NCBI GenBank assembly: GCA_964643985.1
Contig: CAZXUS010000003.1
Coordinates: 1-53,879, forward strand
Origin: an uncultured Bdellovibrionales bacterium
Lineage (GTDB): Bacteria; Patescibacteriota; Minisyncoccia; Moranbacterales; DUUL01
Direction of reading: 5' to 3'
DNA length: 53,879 bases
Position numbers and translations under genes: made by a program
Part shown: positions 8,548 to 16,775 of the stretch, piece by piece
Layout of the letters: each line of letters begins with the position of its first letter
Numbering within the stretch: position 1 is the stretch's first letter
Notes under the pieces: generated by a model
Told to the model about the DNA's origin: nothing
Database searches by the model: none
Seen by the model: only the letters and a program-made list of their open reading frames with translations

Positions 8548-9093
8548 ATCAGAAGAGTATTTAAACCAGTCCCCCAAAAACCAAAAAATAAAGTCAACGA
8601 AGCCATTCACTACCCTACTGTTCGTGTTGTAGGCGAAAGAGGCGAGCAACACGGAATTTTAGAAATTCGTGATGCTTTGATTTTAGCCAGATCACAAGAT
8701 TTAGACTTAGTGGAGATTGCCCCCAAAGCCAAACCTCCTGTTTGCAAGATAATTGATTGGGGAAAATTCCAATATCTAGAGACTAAAAGAAAAGACGGCA
8801 ATAAAAAAACCCAGAAAAAAACCAAATTAAAAGGAATTCGCTTTCGACCCAGTACCGGCGAAGGAGATTTAATCTTCAAAGCCGAACAAGCTAAAAAGTT
8901 TTTAGCCAAAGAAAACAAAATCAAAATTCAAGTTGTTTTAAGAGGGCGAGAAAAAGCTTTTTCCGAACAAGCCAAGAAAAGATTGAAAGAATTCATTGAC
9001 AAAATCGATTTTCCAGTTAAAATAGAACAAGACATTAGACAACAAGGAAATGGTTTTAATGCCATCATAGCTCCTATTATCAAAGGAGACTAG
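8548..9093 (+). CDS. infC: Translation initiation factor IF-3, probably starting at a non-canonical ATC codon
   Basis: The frame is open from 8539. The conserved N-terminal domain (..KVNEAIHYPTVRVVGERGEQHGILEIRDALILARSQDLDLVEI) lies upstream of the track's TTG start at 8677. The only near-cognate in-frame start upstream is ATC at 8548. Confidence 0.75.
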   Translation: MRRVFKPVPQKPKNKVNEAIHYPTVRVVGERGEQHGILEIRDALILARSQDLDLVEIAPKAKPPVCKIIDWGKFQYLETKRKDGNKKTQKKTKLKGIRFRPSTGEGDLIFKAEQAKKFLAKENKIKIQVVLRGREKAFSEQAKKRLKEFIDKIDFPVKIEQDIRQQGNGFNAIIAPIIKGD

Positions 9094-9140
9094 TTTTAAT
9101 TTGCGATTAATAAAATATTTGAAAATAATTTCATCAAATT

Positions 9141-9338
9141 ATGCCAAAACTTAAATCAAGAAAAGCAGTGACAAAAAGGTTTAAAACAACCGCTACTGGA
9201 AAGGTTTCCAGAAGAAAGTCCAATCAAAATCATTTCAACGCTCGACAGACTTCTGACCAAAAAAGAGCCAAGCGAGGCAACCAAATAGTCACCCCCGGAA
9301 AAATTAGCCGGTCAATCAAAATGGATATTCATAGTTAG
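9141..9338 (+). CDS. rpmI: 50S ribosomal protein L35
   Basis: MPKLKSRKAVTKRFKTTATGKV.. is typical L35 and sits in the infC-rpmI-rplT order. Confidence 0.9.
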   Translation: MPKLKSRKAVTKRFKTTATGKVSRRKSNQNHFNARQTSDQKRAKRGNQIVTPGKISRSIKMDIHS

Positions 9339-9408
9339 TTGTTAAAAATAGAGTAGAAGTATAAATCAAGAAATAATTCGAATAATCAGAAGAAAATTTA
9401 TAGGTTTA

Positions 9409-9490
9409 AGTGTAGTTCGAGGCGGATTTGAGCAACGAACGAGACGCACTAAGTTGGTGCGTCGAGTGAGTAGCGGAAAATCCAACAAAG
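9409..9490 (+). repeat. Family C structured element (AGTGNAGTTCGAGG..GAGCAACG..hairpin..GAGTGAGTAGCGG), intergenic copy between rpmI and rplT
   Basis: Conserved blocks are shared with 39201-39278 (reverse strand), 42254-42345 and 52326-52466. Central hairpin is GACGCAC-TAAGTTG-GTGCGTC. Confidence 0.8.
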
Positions 9491-9523
9491 AAATACACCA
9501 AACATTTAATTTTCAATATATAC

Positions 9524-9877
9524 ATGCCAAGAATAAAACGAGGTGTCACCGCTTCAAAAAGACGATCGAATCTATTAAGCCGAGCCAAAGGTTTCAAATG
9601 GCGACGAAAAAGTAATTATCGAGCTGCCAAAGAAGCTTTGATTAAAGCTGGAAAATATTCCTACCGAGATCGAAAAAATAAAAAACGAACTTTCCGAGCA
9701 CTTTGGATTTTGCGATTGAACAATGCTCTAAGAGCCAACGATTGGAAATATTCAACTTTTATCAAATATCTACGAGACAACGTTATCGAATTAGATCGAA
9801 AAGTTCTTTCTGGCCTAGCCATGAACGAACCAGAAATCTTCAAACGAATGATTGATAAATTTAAAGCGACTAAATAA
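9524..9877 (+). CDS. rplT: 50S ribosomal protein L20
   Basis: MPRIKRGVTASKRRSNLLSRAKGF.. is typical L20. Confidence 0.95.
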   Translation: MPRIKRGVTASKRRSNLLSRAKGFKWRRKSNYRAAKEALIKAGKYSYRDRKNKKRTFRALWILRLNNALRANDWKYSTFIKYLRDNVIELDRKVLSGLAMNEPEIFKRMIDKFKATK

Positions 9878-9902
9878 ACCCTCAAAATCTTTTATATATT
9901 CA

Positions 9903-9931
9903 AAACGCCTCTCTCACCGAGGCGTTTTTTT
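9903..9931 (+). terminator. Intrinsic terminator after rplT
   Basis: AAACGCCTC-TCTCACC-GAGGCGTTT followed by a T-run. Confidence 0.85.
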
Positions 9932-10051
9932 ATTATAGCTTTTAGACCGTACCATAGAACGTTCTATCTATACCATAAATTATCCCTAAAAAAAGTTCTG
10001 GTACCCAAAAATCTTTTTTTCATCCCCGCTTTTACCCTATTTCCACGAAAA

Positions 10052-10100
10052 ATTCCGAGCGGTTCGACCTCTGTGCCTACAGCGGTCGAACCGCTGGAAT
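10052..10100. repeat. Family E palindrome (..GCGGTTCGACC..GGTCGAACCGC..)
   Basis: ATTCCGAGCGGTTCGACCTCTGTGCCTACAGCGGTCGAACCGCTGGAAT. Related hairpins lie at 4002-4043 and 10587-10635. Confidence 0.7.
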
Positions 10101-10165
10101 TTCAACTCTCCGCTTTGTCATCTACAATTCCCGCTTTCATCTTTGTTTTTACTGCTATCGTTTTT

Positions 10166-10190
10166 GTCATTCCCGCGGAGGCGGGAATCC
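10166..10190. repeat. Family A palindrome GTCATTCCCGCGGAGGCGGGAATCC, preceded by decayed CCCGCTTT units
   Basis: Exact match to the core at 6925-6949. Degenerate units are visible from about 10110. Confidence 0.85.
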
Positions 10191-10284
10191 AATTTATCAA
10201 ATAAAATTCAATCCCACCCAAAAAACCCAAAACAAAAAGGCACTGTTCCTCGAACACCACCTTCATAAAATATTTTTTTTAATT

Positions 10285-10593
10285 TCAATTCTCCAAAAAA
10301 GAACTTTCATACTCAAGCTTATCAATAAAATGGATAATCAATCCAACTATTAAATAAAGAAATTCCATTAACGCAACGAACAACCAATGAACTGGAAGAA
10401 AAAATCCAAGAATAGTGAAGAATAATAACACTATCCCAATTAAAAAAAGAAAAGTATTAGATAAATCATTTTTGGTGTCTATGAAACAAACCCACCCCAA
10501 CAATTTCAAATAAAAAATAACCTTTCTCCATTTTTTCATACTCCCCTCCCCTTTTAATTTATCTATGACTTTTTTATCTACTAATTTCCCCAC
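10285..10593 (-). CDS. Hypothetical small membrane protein
   Basis: 102-aa ORF with two or three hydrophobic segments and no recognisable motif. Start codon is uncertain (an internal MKKWRK start is possible). Confidence 0.35.
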   Translation of the reverse strand: MGKLVDKKVIDKLKGEGSMKKWRKVIFYLKLLGWVCFIDTKNDLSNTFLFLIGIVLLFFTILGFFLPVHWLFVALMEFLYLIVGLIIHFIDKLEYESSFLEN

Positions 10594-10768
10594 GGTTCAA
10601 CCCTGGTAAATTCCCATGGTTCAACCGCGGGGAAACTGTAAAAAAATTACTATCAAGAAACAACTCCGCTTAAAAAACTCCAAATCAACTCCAAACATCA
10701 TTATTATCCAAAAAACCCTTCCGAACAAGAGTATTTGACTATTTATTATTATTCCTATCTTCATTTTG

Positions 10769-10859
10769 TCATTCCTACTCGCACTCTCAATGAAGCAAAC
10801 ATTGATAACTTTGTCATTCCCGCTCACATTCTGTCATTCCCGCGGAAGCGGGAATCCAG
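10769..10859. repeat. Family A array (GTCATTCC units) ending in the palindrome GTCATTCCCGCGGAAGCGGGAATCCAG (10833-10859)
   Basis: Same architecture as 6864-6951. The track ORF 10621..10827 overlaps it and is probably spurious. Confidence 0.8.
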
Positions 10860-10873
10860 TTTAAAAAATACAA

Positions 10874-11258
10874 TCATAAATTACTCTCCAAAAAATCCTT
10901 AAGCGCTTTTAAATCTTTTTTATCTTTATCATAATAATAAGTCTTTATCCCAACAGACTGTGCACTTTCAACTGCCTCTTTATCATGTTCAAAATAAACA
11001 ACATCCTCTGCTTTCAAATTAAAAAATTCCAACATTTTCTGATAATATTCTAGATTAGTCTTTTCAGGACTATGTTTCAAGGTAAAAACTTCATAAGCCA
11101 ATTTATTTAAACCGAATTTTTCCATTTGTTCATCGTTTGCTCCAGTCAAAACAATTTTTTTATTTGGATACTCTTCCAACAATTCATACATACCCCCTAT
11201 GAATTCCACTTTCTTTAATGACGAAAGCATTAACCGCATCCACTAAAATTGTTTTCAT
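10874..11258 (-). pseudogene. HAD-superfamily hydrolase disrupted by a +1 frameshift in a G5 (C5 on + strand) run
   Basis: ATG at 11258 gives MKTILVDAVNAFVIKESGIHRGYV*. The track ORF (10874..11239) continues ..GGMYELLEEYPNKKIVLTGAND.. in another frame. Deleting one C from 11193-11197 joins them as ..GIHRGMYELLEEY.. Confidence 0.65.
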
Positions 11259-11371
11259 GATAAATATTTTAATACTTTAAACACAAATATTTTTATTTAG
11301 AGACCTCCATAGAAGTCTCTCTAATAACCACTAGAGATTTTCTACTCTCGCCTAAATTTAATGCTTCCAAT

Positions 11372-12349
11372 CTAATGCACAATAATTTTCAGTTCAACTT
11401 TTTTACCAACTTTTAATTTTGCAGTTCCACCAATCGGAAAAGTTATCAGAGGATTAGTGTGTCCAAAATCAACATTAGCAATAATTGGAATATCATTAAG
11501 TTCTTCCTTTGTTTTAATTATATATTTTAATTTATCCAAAGTCATTTCAGTTTCTTTTTGAAATCTCCCGATCACTATTCCTTTTACTTTCTCAAAATTT
11601 GGCTGATAGATTAAAGATTGCAAATCTCTATCAAAATCATGAGGCTTTGCTTTTCCATCATCTTCAAGAAATAAAATTGAATTTGAAATATCTGGCATAA
11701 ATTCAGTTCCCTGAAGTAAGTTAAAGGTACAAAGATTTCCGCCTAAAATTGCTCCTTCTACTTCACCTTTATTTATAACAATAAAACCCTCATTTTTAAT
11801 AATTTTTCTATTTTCTTGATCCCTAAACCAAATATCGTTCGACCAAGTTTCAGAAGCTTTGACTTCAAATTCACCCTCTTGAATCAAACATTTCTTAAAA
11901 TACTCAAGATTATATTCAAATTCTTTTTTCATTCCCCAGTTTGAAAAATGAAGACCAGAATACGTGACCAATCCTGTTTTAGCTGTAATTGCATTTGTCA
12001 AAACAGTAATATCTGAATATCCACAAATAATTTTAGGATTATTCTTAATTAAATCATAATCAAGATATTTCAAGATTTGATTTGAATTAAATCCTCCAAT
12101 TACCGTAAAAATTGCTTTTACGTTTTTATCTAAAAAAGCTTCATGTAAATCCGCTACTCTTGATTTGATTGAAGACGAAATGAATATATCTGTTTCTTTA
12201 CAATTCTTGGAAAAAGTAATTTTGAAACCCTGTTCTTCGAGCCTTCTCTATCGCTAACTGAATCAATTCTTCCAAAGCAAAGACAAACTTCTTGCCGGAG
12301 CAACAATTCTAATTTCATCGCCTAATTTTAATTTTGATGGAATTATCAT
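11372..12349 (-). pseudogene. LD-carboxypeptidase (peptidase S66, LdcA/MccF-like) with two frameshifts near the 5' end
   Basis: ATG at 12349 gives MIIPSKLKLGDEIRIVAPARSLS.., then stops. The conserved-looking ..FALEELIQLAIEKA.. is in a second frame. The first frame resumes with ..EEQGFKITFSKNCKE..GGFNSNQILKYLDYD.. and runs into the track ORF (CGYSDIT nucleophile motif, FGHT). Confidence 0.6.
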
Positions 12350-12470
12350 AAAATAAATTAATTTTTATATTAACAATTTAAAACTTTTTCTTTAATTATT
12401 TTTTCTCATTTTTTTGTTTTACCAAAATTTAATCTCATCGAAACTAAACAGATAATATTTTCAGATAATC

Positions 12471-12812
12471 TTATTTCATTTTTTTTATAATAATTCCTAT
12501 TATCGAACCGACCACAAAATAAAAGCCAAGGATAACAGTCATAAAAGGTATTAAATCATTTGCACTAATCCGAAAATCAATAATCGAGTTAAACAAAGCC
12601 ACGGGAATTGAAACTATCAAAAGTGAAGTTTGAAAACAAACTTTAAATGATTTTTCGCATACATCAAGCGAACAAAGCTCCGTGCATTGCCCTCCGGAAA
12701 AAAATGAAAAAATAAAACCAATTATTAATACCAATAAAATAGCGATACCAACCGAAATCAAACCGCCCTTTAACCAATAAAGATTCTCTCTAAACAATTT
12801 TGAAATAGTCAT
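12471..12812 (-). CDS. Hypothetical small membrane protein
   Basis: 113 aa, three hydrophobic segments, a cysteine-rich loop, no known motif. Confidence 0.35.
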   Translation of the reverse strand: MTISKLFRENLYWLKGGLISVGIAILLVLIIGFIFSFFSGGQCTELCSLDVCEKSFKVCFQTSLLIVSIPVALFNSIIDFRISANDLIPFMTVILGFYFVVGSIIGIIIKKMK

Positions 12813-12928
12813 CGTAAATTTAAAAATAAATTAATTATTTAACTTCCAAAAACAATACTTTTTAGTTTATATTATTTTTATTTTACCACTTTAAATGTTA
12901 AACACAAAAAACTTAAATAATATTGTTT

Positions 12929-13240
12929 TCAAATATTCAAAGTCTTATCTTTAATTATCTTTTCCAAAACCTCTCTATTATCCTCCTCTCTCACCCTAAT
13001 ATTCCGCTCTTCTCCACACTTTTCACATTTTTGAACCAAAATCCATTCTTGATTTTTCAAAAAAGCGTTCACCGGCTTCATTAATCCGCCACATTCATTA
13101 GCTCGATCTCCCGGATTTATATCAACATGCTTGGAATACAAACAGCTCGGACAATGGTTAGTATAACCATCCCCTTTCACCACCTTCCCACAATTCTCAC
13201 ACCTAAAATCTTCAATCCTCCGCTGAAATTTCTTCCCCAT
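12929..13240 (-). CDS. RNHCP domain-containing protein
   Basis: F-R-C-E-N-C-G..GYTNHCPSCLYSKHVD..GGLM matches the RNHCP signature as I recall it. Confidence 0.6.
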   Translation of the reverse strand: MGKKFQRRIEDFRCENCGKVVKGDGYTNHCPSCLYSKHVDINPGDRANECGGLMKPVNAFLKNQEWILVQKCEKCGEERNIRVREEDNREVLEKIIKDKTLNI

Positions 13241-13250
13241 AAAATCCTAT

Positions 13251-13280
13251 TAATTCTAATTCTAATTCTAATTCTAATTT
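13251..13280. repeat. Hexanucleotide microsatellite (TAATTC) x about 5
   Basis: TAATTC repeats at 13251, 13257, 13263, 13269 and 13275 (last copy TAATTT), 11 nt upstream of the RNHCP gene start on the - strand. Confidence 0.9.
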
Positions 13281-13284
13281 TTAC

Positions 13285-13312
13285 CTCTCCCATACACTGG
13301 AGTATGGGAGAG
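13285..13312. repeat. Family F palindrome CTCTCCCATAC-ACTGGA-GTATGGGAGAG
   Basis: 11-bp arms. The same sequence recurs inside miaB at 37125-37150. A degenerate relative lies at about 13755-13790. Confidence 0.85.
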
Positions 13313-13319
13313 ATACTTT

Positions 13320-13769
13320 TCATTTTTCATCCCTCTTATTTTTATAATTATCCAATAAATTAAATATTAGAAAATGAGCTGGAAATTTTTGCTTCATCGC
13401 TTCCCACTCATTGGTCGGCAAAATTTTTCTCCGTTGTTTTTGATTTTTTGCTTCTTTAAACTCATTCATATATCCACCAAAACCACTAAAAAGCCAACGA
13501 TTGACACTTCCAATTGTGCTATTTCCAACTTTCAGTTTCTTTTGTATGTCAGGATAAGAAAAACCCACCAATAACATTTTAGCAATCTCTATTCTATGCA
13601 TTATCATTATAATTTCCCCAGGAGTCAACAAGTCCCTCAAAAATTTTTCTGCATTTTGCTCTGTTTTTATTCTGGAAATCATTCCACAAAATTCCTTCAG
13701 CATTCTCTTCCTTTTTTGTGGATCAACATCATAAAATCTTTTTCTCATTTTTTCTTCACTACCATACAC
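13320..13769 (-). CDS. TrpR-like / YerC-YecD family DNA-binding protein
   Basis: ..FLRDLLTPGEIIMIMHRIEIAKMLLVGFSYPDIQKKLKVGNSTIGSVNRWL.. resembles the YerC/YecD (Trp repressor-related) family. Confidence 0.6.
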   Translation of the reverse strand: MYGSEEKMRKRFYDVDPQKRKRMLKEFCGMISRIKTEQNAEKFLRDLLTPGEIIMIMHRIEIAKMLLVGFSYPDIQKKLKVGNSTIGSVNRWLFSGFGGYMNEFKEAKNQKQRRKILPTNEWEAMKQKFPAHFLIFNLLDNYKNKRDEK

Positions 13770-13801
13770 TGTAGTATAGTAGTGTCTATTATTTTTATTA
13801 A

Positions 13802-14524
13802 CTAATTTTTATTAACTAAAACTTGGCTTAATTCTTGAACTTTGGTTTCTTTAACGTTTTCTTTGAATTGAGCGTAGCACATTGGACAGGGAGTAATTAG
13901 AGTTTCAGCTTTGGTTTTGGCAACTTGGTCAAAACGGTCTCCTGCAATTCGATTTGATAACTCAGGATTATTGGTTTTTACTCCCCCGCCTGCCCCGCAA
14001 CAATAACTTTTCTCCCGATTCAAATCCATTTCCTTAATTTTAAAACCCACTTTCTCGATGATTTCCCTAGGTTTTTCATAAATACCCAAACCTCGCCCCA
14101 AATGGCAAGGGTCATGATAGGTCGCTAAACCTTTATTTTGACTTTTAAATTTTTTCAAAGTTTTATCCGAGATAATCTCCGTCATATGCAAAACTTCAAT
14201 ATCCCAATCAGCTCCCAAAATTTCTTTGTAGTCTTTTCGCAAAACCAAAGCACAGGCTGGACAATTGGTAATAATTCGGTCGACACTGTGTTCCTTAAAT
14301 ATTTTCAAATTCTTTTCCGCCACTTCTTTAAAAAGTTTCTTCCCTCCGGCGTTTTTAACTGGAGAACCACAACACAACTCTTTATCCGAAAGTTTAATAA
14401 AATCAATCCCCTCTTGTCGCAAAATCTCTTCATAATTAGCTTGAATATCCTTCAACACAAACTTCGTCAAACACCCCGAATAATACAAAGTATTCCCTTT
14501 AAACATTTTTTTGAATATACTCAT
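13802..14524 (-). CDS. (Fe-S)-binding protein with two cysteine-rich CCG domains (LutA/GlcF/HdrB-like)
   Basis: Two CCG motifs are present (..ELCCGSPVKNAGG.. and ..SYCCGAGGGV..). 240 aa. Confidence 0.6.
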   Translation of the reverse strand: MSIFKKMFKGNTLYYSGCLTKFVLKDIQANYEEILRQEGIDFIKLSDKELCCGSPVKNAGGKKLFKEVAEKNLKIFKEHSVDRIITNCPACALVLRKDYKEILGADWDIEVLHMTEIISDKTLKKFKSQNKGLATYHDPCHLGRGLGIYEKPREIIEKVGFKIKEMDLNREKSYCCGAGGGVKTNNPELSNRIAGDRFDQVAKTKAETLITPCPMCYAQFKENVKETKVQELSQVLVNKN

Positions 14525-14591
14525 TTGATAAAATTAACTAATATATACTTTTTTAATTCTACCCCACCTCCTTTTCTTTATCAAATTAAAT

Positions 14592-14620
14592 TTGATTTTT
14601 AAAAATATTTTTGCTAATAT
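14592..14620 (+). promoter_or_regulatory. Near-consensus promoter TTGATT-17-TAATAT in front of the ORF-free region
   Basis: TTGATT at 14592-14597, 17-nt spacer, TAATAT at 14615-14620. Confidence 0.5.
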
Positions 14621-14626
14621 TTAAGT

Positions 14627-15117
14627 CCATGCCAAAGTGCATGCGGGTCTGAAGGATAATGCGAAACAATCCAGGAGTTCTGTGCTATCAACAACAATTA
14701 AGCCAGAAATCGCTCAAAACGCCCACTTACCCCAGAGAACTGAGACTCCAGTAGACAAATCACCAGTCGAGGATAGATATTTCAAGGAGAAATCCTAGAA
14801 ATCTAGTGCTGTATTCCCTCACGCTAACAAACCTGCGAAGATTTTAAATCTTGCTGGTGATTTCCTTTAAAGTCTTAGGCCTTTGAAGATTTAGATCTTT
14901 TTGTTATTATTAGAAAAAGCTTAGAAGCGATGTGGCGCGGATATTAATTTTTCCGCATAGGTTCAACTCCTATACCAATCGGCTAAAATAACAACGTATT
15001 GCGTAGGATAGCTGGAAGGCTTGTGATTTCCCAAGTCGCCCTTGAAATACCAGCCTTGCCTTGTTATAGTGGCGCTAAGCTTTTATGAGGGAGTTCTTAT
15101 CATAGGCTCCCTCTTTT
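14627..15117 (+). ncRNA. Candidate large structured non-coding RNA of unknown class (about 490 nt)
   Basis: No ORF of 60 aa or more in any frame. Visibly more G+C than the flanks. A promoter lies upstream and a terminator at the 3' end. Several long-range complementary 10-mers and nested helices are present (see findings). Confidence 0.5.
15087..15117 (+). terminator. Intrinsic terminator closing the candidate ncRNA
   Basis: GAGGGAG (15087-93), 13-nt loop, CTCCCTC (15107-13), TTTT. Confidence 0.65.
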
Positions 15118-15177
15118 ATTTTGCCAAAAATTACAAAATTTCTTGTCTTATTTTAAAAACTTTTCTAAGATTAGGCT

Positions 15178-16539
15178 ATGAAACTAAATCTTGAAAAAAT
15201 TGCAAAAACTTTACTTCTGACTTTGATTTTTGTTTTGCCTTTTAATTTTCACTATATTTTCAACTTCTCTGCCACTCAAGATCTTTTATTTTTTAAAGAA
15301 AATCTTCAATATTCACTTTATTTTTTTGACCTACTTTTTTTAATAATTTTTCCAATTTGGCTTTTCAAAAAACTTAAAACGCCGAACTTTTTAAAGTCGA
15401 ATTTACTTTTTATTGGGCTAATTGTTTACTTATTGGGAAATTCTTTTTTCATTTCTTCCGACTTCTCCACTTCCTTATATAATTCTTTGCGTCTAATCGA
15501 AGTTCTATTTTTCTTCCTGATTTTCATTGATTTAGCCAAAAACAAAAAGTTTTTCAACCAAACTGTTTATTTAATTTTTCTAGCCGAAGTAATCCAAGCA
15601 ATCCTCGCTCTTTTTCAATTCATTTTTCAAAAATCTCTCGGTTTAAAATTCCTCGGCGAAAGTATTTTGAATCCTCAAACCTTAGGAGTCGCCAAACTGG
15701 AACTTCACGGCGAAAAATTTATTAGAGGGTACGGAACATTTCCTCACCCCAATTTGCTGGGCGCCTTTCTATTTTTAGCTTTAATTTGCGGTCTATCTTT
15801 TATTTTAAAAAATAATTTTAAAATTCCCTTTTCGCTTCCAGACAAATTTAAAAAATTAAATTTAACTCCTAAAATTAAATTTTTAACTGGAAAAATTCAT
15901 TTTCAAGCTGGTTTATTTCTAATCTTAACTGGAATAATTATAACTTTTTCTCGAAGCGTTTGGCTCATAACAGCCTTGTTGGGAACTGCTCTTTTTTTTC
16001 AATTGCTCTTCACCAAGAAATATAGATTTAAATCAGTATTTAAATCAGTATTTCCAATTTTAATTATTTTAATGTTCCTTCTTTTCAGCTTCGCTAAATT
16101 CATTCCAGCCCGGCTCTGTTTCGAAAATTGTCAAGACCAATCTGCCACTCTTCGACAAAATTATTCCCAATTTTCTCAAAAAATTATCGACAATAACTTT
16201 TTGACTGGAATTGGCCCTGGGCAATTCGTTCCCATTTTCAAAAAAATCAATCCTCAAAATTTACCCGACTGGAATCTTCAACCAGTTCATAATATTTATC
16301 TTCTCGCTTGGAGCGAAATTGGATTAATCGGCTTTTTGCTTTTATTTTTCTTTATTCTAAAAAATTCAAGCTTTTCAAAAATCAATTCTCAAAATCAACT
16401 TTTTCTTTTTTTAATCATTGGCTTTTTGCTTCTCGGTTTCTTTGATCACTACTTTTGGACCCTCCCTCAAGGTCAATTCATCTTCTGGCTTTCTCTTGCC
16501 TTATTCACAACTTCGGGTAAAATTAGAGATAGTATGTAG
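15178..16539 (+). CDS. O-antigen ligase family (Wzy_C-like) polytopic membrane protein
   Basis: 453 aa, about 11 hydrophobic segments, ..ITFSRSVWL.. loop motif typical of the family. Confidence 0.6.
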   Translation: MKLNLEKIAKTLLLTLIFVLPFNFHYIFNFSATQDLLFFKENLQYSLYFFDLLFLIIFPIWLFKKLKTPNFLKSNLLFIGLIVYLLGNSFFISSDFSTSLYNSLRLIEVLFFFLIFIDLAKNKKFFNQTVYLIFLAEVIQAILALFQFIFQKSLGLKFLGESILNPQTLGVAKLELHGEKFIRGYGTFPHPNLLGAFLFLALICGLSFILKNNFKIPFSLPDKFKKLNLTPKIKFLTGKIHFQAGLFLILTGIIITFSRSVWLITALLGTALFFQLLFTKKYRFKSVFKSVFPILIILMFLLFSFAKFIPARLCFENCQDQSATLRQNYSQFSQKIIDNNFLTGIGPGQFVPIFKKINPQNLPDWNLQPVHNIYLLAWSEIGLIGFLLLFFFILKNSSFSKINSQNQLFLFLIIGFLLLGFFDHYFWTLPQGQFIFWLSLALFTTSGKIRDSM

Positions 16540-16605
16540 TATTGAGTATCTAATATATCGCTTTCGGCGAATTTACTTTCTTAAATTCTATAGTTTCCTC
16601 CATTT

Positions 16606-16755
16606 GTCATTCCCGACTTGTTCAGAAATCCAAAAAAGGAAGTCTTTAGTTTAAATTTTCTGGATTCCCGCCTCCGCGGGAATGACAGAATTAGAGGCAA
16701 AAATCAAGAAATTTAGAATAACAATATTGTCATTCCCGCGGAGGCGGGAATCCAG
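16606..16755. repeat. Family A cluster: a degenerate unit (16606-16633), an inverted palindrome (16660-16686) and a direct palindrome (16729-16755)
   Basis: CTGGATTCCCGCCTCCGCGGGAATGAC and GTCATTCCCGCGGAGGCGGGAATCCAG face each other 42 bp apart, just upstream of valS. Confidence 0.85.
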
Positions 16756-16775
16756 ACTTTTATTTTACAAACTTC

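Noticed and set aside
14621-15117. Possible RNase P RNA. AAGUCCAUGC at 14623-14632 resembles the type B P4 strand GGAAAGUCCAUGC, and the reverse strand has ACAGAAC at about 14676-14682.
   Set aside because: The universally conserved GAGGAAAGUCC context is absent. No matching P4 partner (..GGCUUACAGAA..) sits at the other end on either strand. The AAGUCCAUGC stretch forms a local hairpin with GCAUG at 14639-43. It is kept as an unknown-class RNA candidate.
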